Part shown: positions 55,404 through 64,000 of the stretch, piece after piece
Layout: each line of letters opens with the position of its first letter
How positions within the stretch are numbered: position 1 is the first letter of the stretch
Source of the DNA: Pirellulales bacterium
GTDB lineage: Bacteria; Planctomycetota; Planctomycetia; Pirellulales; PALSA-1355
Length of the DNA: 64,000 nucleotides
NCBI GenBank assembly: GCA_963733035.1
Contig: CAVTBU010000005.1
Span: 1,856,001 to 1,920,000, forward strand
Reading direction: 5' to 3'
The notes under the pieces: generated by a model
What the model saw: the letters and a program-made list of their open reading frames with translations, nothing else
Database searches by the model: none
Told to the model about the DNA's origin: nothing
Program-made: the position numbers and the translations under genes

Positions 55404-55606
55404 GGCAATCTTTCCAGCTATCGATGTTTGGAGCGCCGCGAGTTCAACGCCCAATTGTACGCTGTCGTGGAAGGTCCGGCCGAACGCGTGCGTCAGGCAA
55501 GCCGGTTATGATACCCGGCGCCCGGCTTGTCTTGAAGGTGCGAATCGTGCCGGTCGGCGCAAGGAAAATCGGGACCCGTCGCATCGATGGCGTGTCATCC
55601 ATAACT

Positions 55607-55730
55607 GGGTGCCATGCTTGCGCTTCGCAAGCATGCTCTTCCTTCGAGCAAGGCAAGAAGATCGCAGAGGCGTTTGACGCTGTGGAACTTTCATCCTGGG
55701 GCATGCTTGCGAAGCGCAAGCATGGCACCC
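55607..55730. repeat. REP doublet (REPIN-like), left copy
   Basis: GGGTGCCATGCTTGCGCTTCGCAAGCATGC at 55607-55636 and its exact reverse complement at 55701-55730, with a 64-nt spacer. Confidence 0.9.
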
Positions 55731-55797
55731 GGCACCCGGCAAGTTTAAGTCGTCTCTCTTGCTTTACACGAAGTCCTGCCGGCATGAAAATACGCCC

Positions 55798-56367
55798 ATG
55801 ACCCAGGCACATCGCAAACGTTGCCGGCGATACGACGTACCGGGGGATGCTCATTTCCTGACGTTTTCGTGTTACCAGCGGCTGCCGCTGCTTTCGCGTC
55901 GACGTTCGTGTCAATGGTTGCTTGATGCCCTCAGGAATGGCCGCGACCGGGCAGATTTCGATCTCTGGGCGTATGTTGTCATGCCCGAGCATGTGCATCT
56001 GGTCGTTTTGCCAAGGCCTGAACATCGAATTCGCGATATTCTCAAGTCGCTCAAGCAGTCCGTGGCACGCCGTGCGTTTTCCTGGTTGGAACGGAACAAT
56101 CCGGCGTTTCTCGACCGGCTCAAAGTCGTGCGGACCAACGGAACGTGGGGCTATAGATTCTGGCAGCGCGGCGGAGGATACGATCGGAACCTGCGATCGG
56201 TTGCCGATATCCATGAGAAGATCGCATACGTCCACAACAATCCAGTGCGCAGAGGCCTTGTCCAGCGAACTGTCGATTGGCAGTGGTCGAGTGCGCTAGC
56301 CTGGGAATCGGGCGGCAGCGAACCGCTGCCGATCGACCGTGATTCAGTGCCGCGGTTAAACGTCTGA
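55798..56367 (+). mobile_element. rayT: REP-associated tyrosine transposase (RAYT; Y1 HUH, IS200/IS605 superfamily)
   Basis: HFLTFSC, AYVVMPEHVHL (HUH), FWQRGGGYDRN, YVHNNPVRRGL (catalytic Tyr region), WQWSS; flanked by REP doublets. Confidence 0.92.
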
Positions 56368-56399
56368 AGGCCTTTTTGTAAGTCCGTTGCAGTGACAAA

Positions 56400-56529
56400 G
56401 GGTGCCATGCTTGCGCTTCGCAAGCATGCCCCAGGATGAAAGTTCCATAGCGTCAAACGCTTCTGCGATCTTCTTGCCTTGATACCGCTCGACGGAAGAG
56501 CATGCTTGCACTTTGCAAGCATGGCACCC
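56400..56529. repeat. REP doublet (REPIN-like), right copy, inverted relative to the left
   Basis: Same 30-mer at 56400-56429 and a variant inverted copy at 56500-56529; the 70-nt spacer is the reverse complement of the left spacer apart from 3 substitutions and a 6-nt insertion. Confidence 0.9.
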
Positions 56530-56552
56530 GAGCGCCGGACGATAATCGCCTA

Positions 56553-56852
56553 TCAGCGCAACTGTTCCAACTCGGCGCGGAGTGTTTGTTCGGGAACAAC
56601 GCCAACGTGTTGCCTGGCGATGCGGCCGTCTTTGAAGATGAGTAGCGCGGGAATTGACGAGATGCCGTAGTGGCTGGCCAACTCCTGATTCTTGTCGACG
56701 TTGACCTTGGCCACTTTGAAGTCCTTGGCCAACGACTCGATGGCCGGCGTCATCATCCGACACGGCCCGCACCAGGGTGCCCAAAAATCCACCAACACGG
56801 GCTCGGTGGATTGCAGAATCTCCTTTTTCCAATTGAATTCCTTCAGAAGCAT
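56553..56852 (-). CDS. trxA: Thioredoxin
   Basis: VLVDFWAPWCGPC, SIPAL; GAGGGAG Shine-Dalgarno before the ATG at 56852. Confidence 0.95.
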   Translation of the reverse strand: MLLKEFNWKKEILQSTEPVLVDFWAPWCGPCRMMTPAIESLAKDFKVAKVNVDKNQELASHYGISSIPALLIFKDGRIARQHVGVVPEQTLRAELEQLR

Positions 56853-56948
56853 GGCGGAAACTCCCTCGGCCAGGGCATTAGTCGAGAACGTGGTGAATTT
56901 TACCCGGCGAGCGAACCGGCGGATGTTCATCCACCGGCACTCGTCTCA

Positions 56949-58041
56949 CTACTGGGCATGCTTGCCGTGAAATTCGAGCATCAAGTCGCGAAGGGCCTGT
57001 ACGCCTTCTTTAGGCATGGCGTTGTAGATGCTGGCTCGGATTCCGCCGACGCTACGGTGTCCTTTCAGATCGACCAGGTCGCGCTGTTTCGCGGCCTTGA
57101 TGAACTCGCCTTCGAGTTCATCGCTGGGCATGCGCCAGGTGACGTTCATTTGCGAACGGCTATCGGGGCGGGCATGCCCGCGGTAAAAATCGGGATGGGC
57201 GTCGAGCACGTCGTACAGCAGCTTCGCTTTCTCCTGGTTCCGCCGGGCCATGCTTTCCAGGCCGCCGACATCCTGTTTCAGCCACCGGGCCACGAGCATC
57301 AGCACGTAGACGGCAAACACCGGAGGCGTGTTGTATAAGGAATCGTTTTCGGCCTGCAAGCGGTAGTCGAGCATCGGCGGCAGGTTCTTCGGCACCCGCT
57401 CTAGCAGGTCGTTGCGAACGATCACGACCGTGACGCCAGCGATGCCCGCGTTCTTTTGCGCAAGCGTAGATCATTCCGTAGCGGCTCACGTCGATCGGAC
57501 GTGAGAGGAAATTGGACGATGTGTCGCAGACCAGCGGAATCGATCCGGCATCGGGCTCGCTCTTGAATTCCACGCCCTGAATTGTCTCGTTGTCAGTGAA
57601 GTGGGCGTATGCCGCGCCAGAGGTGAACTTCAGGTTGGCCGGTTCGGGCAGGTGCGAGTAATTGTCGGCCTTGCCGTCCCAGACGACGTTGGCAGTGCCC
57701 AATCGCTGGGCTTCGGCCAAGGCTTTCTTGCCCCAGCTGCCGGTAAGGATATAGTCGGCGGTTTGCGTTTCGCCGCGGAGGTTCATCGGCACCATGGTGA
57801 ACTGCAGGCTGGAACCGCCCTGCAGGAACAGGATGCTGTAGTCCGACGGGATATTCAGCAGCTCGGTAAGCAGCGTCTTGGCTTCTTCGTGCACCGCGCC
57901 AAAGGCCTTTGAGCGGTGACTGATTTCGAGGATCGACGAACCGACGCCCGGTAACTCACTGACCGCGGCCTGGGCTTCCATCAATACCTTGACCGGCAAG
58001 ACGGCCGGACCGGCCGAGAAATTGTAAACACGCGGCGACAT
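56949..58041 (-). CDS. serC: Phosphoserine aminotransferase; frameshift near 57459 at the PLP-Lys motif
   Basis: YNFSAGPA, EISHRS, NETIQG, (A)QKNAG after correction, NTPP, GHRSVGGIRASIYNA. Confidence 0.96.
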
Positions 58042-58252
58042 GGCTCAGAGAATCTCCGGATTGGCGAACGGACGCGACGAGGCTCCAAACCGCCGAATAT
58101 CGCACCTGAGGCTCCGGGCGACAACTGCTGATTGCCCGCGGCGGCCGGATTGTCAGTGACGGCCACGACGGCCAAACGGTTACAACCATCGTGCTATACT
58201 TCCGGCGGCACACGATATGCACCAACGTCAGCGTGAGGACGAAGGGCACGTT

Positions 58253-59158
58253 ATGAAAATACTCGTTACCGGCGCATCGGGCCTCGTCGGCTCGCGGCTC
58301 GTGCCCGAACTGAAAGCTCAGGGCCATCAGGTCGTCGGCCTGACACGTGACAAAGCGAAGCTCCAAGCCGGCACGGCATTTTGGAATCCCATCGAGGGCT
58401 ACGTCGACCCCGAGGCTCTGAGCGGCTGCGACGCCGCGGTGAACCTGGCTGGCGAAAGCATCGCTTCGGGCCGCTGGAACGAACGGCGCAAGCAAGCGAT
58501 TCGCCAGAGCCGGGTCGATTCGACGACGACGATCGCCAAGGCCCTGGCCGGTTTGGAACCGAAGCCGCGGGTGTTGATCAATGCCTCGGCGGTCGGCTAC
58601 TACGGCTCGCGCGGCGACGAGGCGCTCGACGAAACGAGTTCGACTGGCAGCGGCGACTTCTTGTCGAGCGTTTGCCGCGATTGGGAAGCAGCGACCGAAC
58701 CGGCCCGCGAAGCTGGCATTCGGGTTGTGATGACCCGCTTTGGCGTGATCCTCAGCAAACAGGGGGGCGCGTTGGCGACGATGCTGACGCCGTTCAAGCT
58801 GGGTCTGGGAGGCAAGATTGGCAGCGGCGGTCAATATATGAGCTGGATTGCGATCGACGACGTCGTTGGAGCAATCGTTCATTGCTTGAATAGCGAGTCG
58901 CTGGTTGGACCGGCAAACATTGTGGCCCCGGAGCCGGTCACCAATGCCGAGTTCACCAAAACGTTAGGCCGCGTTCTGTCGCGGCCGACCATCTTCCCGA
59001 TGCCGGGTTTCGCGGCGAAACTTGTTTTTGGCGAGATGGGAGACGAGCTGCTATTGAGCGGCCAGCGCGTACGACCGGCCCGGTTGCTTGAGGCGGGATA
59101 CGTGTTCAAATACCCTGAGCTCGAGGCGGCGCTCGGACACGTCCTTTACGGCAACTGA
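58253..59158 (+). CDS. TIGR01777-family NAD-dependent epimerase-like protein (YfcH-like)
   Basis: ILVTGASGLVG, VNLAGE, ASAVGYYG, VCRDWE, GSGGQYMSWI. Confidence 0.92.
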   Translation: MKILVTGASGLVGSRLVPELKAQGHQVVGLTRDKAKLQAGTAFWNPIEGYVDPEALSGCDAAVNLAGESIASGRWNERRKQAIRQSRVDSTTTIAKALAGLEPKPRVLINASAVGYYGSRGDEALDETSSTGSGDFLSSVCRDWEAATEPAREAGIRVVMTRFGVILSKQGGALATMLTPFKLGLGGKIGSGGQYMSWIAIDDVVGAIVHCLNSESLVGPANIVAPEPVTNAEFTKTLGRVLSRPTIFPMPGFAAKLVFGEMGDELLLSGQRVRPARLLEAGYVFKYPELEAALGHVLYGN

Positions 59159-59168
59159 GGTTTGGCGA

Positions 59169-60179
59169 ATGCGGCAGGCGATTCTGGCGTTTGGTGTCGT
59201 GGTTTGCTTGAGCGCGACCGCGACCGCTGAGAAACCGGCTCCTAACTGGCAACTCGTGAGCAAAGCGGCGCCGTGGCAAGCCCGCGATTCGCAAGGCGAG
59301 GTCGTCTTTCGCGATCGGTTGTGGGTCTTGGGCGGCTGGTTCGATTCGTTCAAACCCGCTCCCCGCGACGTGTGGAGCAGCGGCGACGGCCAGCACTGGG
59401 AACTTGCCACCGGTGAAGCGCCTTGGCGGCACAGCGACTTGTCGATGAGTCTGGCGTTCAAGGATCGCATGTGGATGATGGGCGGTTGGTACAACGGCCG
59501 CATGCCGGGACACGAAGCTGGCAACGAAGTCTGGTCGAGCACCAACGGAAAGAATTGGACGCAAGCGACGGCCGCGGCCGGCTGGACGCCTCGGTTGGCC
59601 GCGGCCACCGTGGTGTTCAAGGGCCAAATGTGGATCCTGGGCGGCACCGAAGATTATTACTTCGGCGACTCGTCCGACCTGAAGAACGATGTCTGGTCCA
59701 GTGCCGACGGCAAGCATTGGACTTGTGCGACGGAGCATGCGGGCTGGGCACCCCGAGCGTATCATCAGGCCGTCGTCTTGAACGACCAGATGTACGTGTT
59801 GGGCGGTGGCAACTACGTGCCCACCTACGAGGCCTACAACGACGTATGGAGCAGCCGCGACGGCGTGAACTGGGAACAAGTGACCGCCAAGGCGCCGTGG
59901 GAACCGCGGCTGTGGTTCTCGGCAGTGACCTACCGCGAGCGGATGTGGATCCTCGGCGGCTGGGCCAACAACCCCTCGCGCAACCTGGGCGATGTGTGGT
60001 ATTCGCGCGACGGCGGCGATTGGCAGCAGCTTTCATCAGCGACCATCTGGAAGGAGCGCCACGAACATTCGGCGCTCGTGTGGCGCGATAAGATCTGGGT
60101 GCTCGGCGGCCACGCCCGTCCGCTTTCAAGCGAAGTCTGGTCGCTCGAGATTCCTCCCGATTGGTTCGACGAAAAGTAG
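59169..60179 (+). CDS. Secreted Kelch-like repeat beta-propeller protein
   Basis: About six repeats of W..R....VVF...(M/L)W(I/V)LGG.....DVWSS.DG..W. Confidence 0.85.
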   Translation: MRQAILAFGVVVCLSATATAEKPAPNWQLVSKAAPWQARDSQGEVVFRDRLWVLGGWFDSFKPAPRDVWSSGDGQHWELATGEAPWRHSDLSMSLAFKDRMWMMGGWYNGRMPGHEAGNEVWSSTNGKNWTQATAAAGWTPRLAAATVVFKGQMWILGGTEDYYFGDSSDLKNDVWSSADGKHWTCATEHAGWAPRAYHQAVVLNDQMYVLGGGNYVPTYEAYNDVWSSRDGVNWEQVTAKAPWEPRLWFSAVTYRERMWILGGWANNPSRNLGDVWYSRDGGDWQQLSSATIWKERHEHSALVWRDKIWVLGGHARPLSSEVWSLEIPPDWFDEK

Positions 60180-60208
60180 GCGGTCGAGGACTTCTCGGCG
60201 CGGCAAAC

Positions 60209-61686
<1,478 letters not shown>

Positions 61687-61941
61687 GAATTCCCGTCATT
61701 GTGATCCATTGAGAAGAACTCTTGCGGCGCCAAAGCCGTGGTCGCGACTCCGTTGTCAAGGTGGAAACGGTCTTGACGATTACCGGGGCGGCACGGCCTC
61801 ACAGAATCAAAACTTGGTCATATGGACCGGATTTGATATGATGTGAAGTAGCAGATTGGGCATGGCGGCGAGCGAGTCGGTGCGGCGAGCCAGCCGGAGG
61901 GAGCCCAACCCTGCCCCGCCTCGGTTCTCCCCGCCTAACGC

Positions 61942-64000
61942 ATGCCCGCTCAAACTTGCCTTTATCGTCTTGGATCTCGGCTCATGCCTCGGCCTGTTTG
62001 TTATCTCATCGTGCAAGTGGTCGCACTGTGCTGCGCGACCGACGTGCTTGCAGACGAGACCAGCGGTCCGCAGGCAGATTCGATTTCTCAATTCCGCGGC
62101 CAGGTTGCGCCACTGGTAGTGAAATACTGCGGCGACTGCCACACAGGAGAAGAGCCGACCGGCGGTTTGCAGTTTGACAAGCCTCTGGCTCGCGTGGACG
62201 TGGCCGGTGATCGTCAGACGTGGGAGAAGATCACGCGTAAATTGCACGACGGCGAAATGCCTCCCGAGGACCAGCCGCAGCTTGAGCCAAATGAGCGGGA
62301 ACAGATCACGGCCTGGATTGACGCGCAGTTGGCCCAGTTCGGCTGTGGCGACGAGCGTGATCCCGGACGCGTAACGATTCGGCGGCTGAACCGCAATGAA
62401 TACAACAATACGATTCGCGACCTATTGGGCGTCGACTTCCATCCGGCCGATGACTTCCCGTCGGACGACGTCGGCTACGGTTTCGACAATATTGGCGACG
62501 TGCTTTCGATGCCGCCAATTCTGTTGGAAAAGTATCTGGCCGCCGCCGAGGCGATTTCGGCCCGCGTGCTGGGCACCGATCTGGCCAACCTGGTGACCAA
62601 TGAAATCAACGGCGGCCAGATTGTTGACGGCGGCGCCCGAATCGTCAGCAGCAGCGAAATTGAAGTAAATACCAAGATTCGTATGTTCGGCACCGGCGTC
62701 TACATGTTTCGCGTCCGCGCTTGGGGCGACCAGGCGGGCGACGAACCGGTGCGGATGGCCGTCTACCTCGACAAGAAGCTGGTCCGCCGCTTTGACGTGC
62801 GGGCGGTCGACGGCCAGAGACAAACCTACGAGGGGTGGCTGACGACGCGTGGCGGCCGACACACCGTCGAGGTGGTGTTTGAAAACGACTACTACCAGCC
62901 CGAGCAGCCGGAACCCAACGACCGCAACTTGTACATCGAGCATCTCGAAGTGATGGGGCCGTATCCTGCGAACTTCCAGCAGGTGATTCCACGCGAGCAC
63001 ACACCGGAGGACAAGCTGCTATTGGCGCGCGAGATTATCAGCCGCGTGATGCGCAGGGCGTTTCGACGTCCGGTCAGCGACGATGAGATCAACCGCGTGC
63101 TGAAACTAGTGGAGATGGCCGATCGCGAAGGCGAGAACTTCAACGTTTCTATTGGGCTGGGACTGCAGGCAATGCTCGTATCGCCTTATTTCCTGTTTCG
63201 CGTCGAGCTCGACCCCGAGCCAAACAATCCCGACGCGATCCGCACGCTCAACGACTTTGAACTGGCCACGCGTTTGAGTTATTTCCTATGGAGCACCATG
63301 CCCGACGAGGAACTGTTCGCGCTCGCCCGTTTGGGCACGCTTCGGCAGGGCGACAATCTGGAGTGTCAGGTGCGGCGGATGTTGGCCGACAACAAGGCCC
63401 AGGTCCTGGTCGAAAACTTTGCCGGCCAATGGTTGCAGCTTCGCAACCTGGAGATTGTGGCCCCCGACAAAGGGAAGTATCCCGGTTTCGACGAAGCACT
63501 GCGACGGGCGATGCGGCAAGAGACGGAGCTGTTTTTCGCCGCCATCATGCGCGATGACCGGAGCGTGCTCGATTTCATCAACGCCGACTTTTCCTACGTC
63601 AACGAGCGGCTGGCAGAGCACTACGGGATTGCAGACGTCAAGGGCGAGGAGTTCCGCCGCGTCGAGCTTGATCCGGCGCAGCGCGGCGGTGTACTCACGC
63701 AGGCCAGCGTGTTGACGGTAACTTCGAATCCGACCCGCACGTCGCCCGTGAAGCGCGGCAAATGGGTGCTGGAGAATCTGTTTGGCACGCCGCCGCCACC
63801 GCCACCGCCCGACGTGCCAGAACTCAAGGAAGAGGCGGCATTGACCGGCTCACTCCGTGAACGCATGGAACAACACCGGTCCAATCCGGCCTGTGCCGTC
63901 TGTCACAGTCGCATGGACCCGCTGGGCTTCGGCCTGGAGAACTACGACGGCATTGGCGGCTGGCGGACCAAGGACGGGCAGTTCGACATCGACCCCTCGG
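61942..64000 (+). CDS. Planctomycete cytochrome c / DUF1587-DUF1595-DUF1592-DUF1588 protein, truncated by the window end (absent from the ORF track; alternative start at 61984)
   Basis: Manual translation: KYCGDCH, EMPP, RRLNRNEYNNTIRDL, LSYFLWSTMPD, NFAGQWL, SPVKRGKWVLE, CAVCH. Confidence 0.9.
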   Translation, partial: MPAQTCLYRLGSRLMPRPVCYLIVQVVALCCATDVLADETSGPQADSISQFRGQVAPLVVKYCGDCHTGEEPTGGLQFDKPLARVDVAGDRQTWEKITRKLHDGEMPPEDQPQLEPNEREQITAWIDAQLAQFGCGDERDPGRVTIRRLNRNEYNNTIRDLLGVDFHPADDFPSDDVGYGFDNIGDVLSMPPILLEKYLAAAEAISARVLGTDLANLVTNEINGGQIVDGGARIVSSSEIEVNTKIRMFGTGVYMFRVRAWGDQAGDEPVRMAVYLDKKLVRRFDVRAVDGQRQTYEGWLTTRGGRHTVEVVFENDYYQPEQPEPNDRNLYIEHLEVMGPYPANFQQVIPREHTPEDKLLLAREIISRVMRRAFRRPVSDDEINRVLKLVEMADREGENFNVSIGLGLQAMLVSPYFLFRVELDPEPNNPDAIRTLNDFELATRLSYFLWSTMPDEELFALARLGTLRQGDNLECQVRRMLADNKAQVLVENFAGQWLQLRNLEIVAPDKGKYPGFDEALRRAMRQETELFFAAIMRDDRSVLDFINADFSYVNERLAEHYGIADVKGEEFRRVELDPAQRGGVLTQASVLTVTSNPTRTSPVKRGKWVLENLFGTPPPPPPPDVPELKEEAALTGSLRERMEQHRSNPACAVCHSRMDPLGFGLENYDGIGGWRTKDGQFDIDPS

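Noticed and set aside
55607..56529. CRISPR-like reading of the 30-nt palindromic repeats
   Set aside because: Copies alternate in orientation, the spacers are homologous to one another, there are no cas genes, and a RAYT lies between them
14616..58041. Pseudogene or programmed-frameshift interpretation for ilvB, aceE, serC and others
   Set aside because: Both halves are well conserved with no further decay, there are no slippery heptamers, and all breaks share one sequence context, so systematic error is more likely

Overview
GC-rich bacterial chromosomal segment with a Planctomycetota (Pirellulales-like) gene repertoire: LRR protein, PQQ-like beta-propellers, BBP7-type barrel, sulfatases, DUF1501, DUF1080, PEP-CTERM protein and a DUF1592-type cytochrome c. 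It carries about 45 CDS, including housekeeping genes (ribD, tal, ilvB, putA, lpdA-aceE-aceF, trxA, serC, class II photolyase). No rRNA, tRNA or CRISPR array was seen. Ten genes are split by 1-2 nt deletions, and all eleven inferred break points lie in or beside GCGC, which suggests motif-dependent (possibly methylation-related) sequencing error rather than true pseudogenes. The most notable items are: (1) an isolated, lower-GC ~1290-aa gene with a nuclease-like N-terminus and a degenerate NTPase-like region (candidate stand-alone anti-phage protein); (2) a RAYT transposase bracketed by two mirror-image REP doublets of a GGGTG-led hairpin family; (3) a secreted ceramidase-sphingomyelinase-sulfatase operon; (4) a ketosynthase lacking its catalytic Cys and His next to a desaturase and an MMPL exporter; (5) a 44-aa basic ORF missing from the ORF track. 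All family calls come from motif recognition by eye; no database searches were run.
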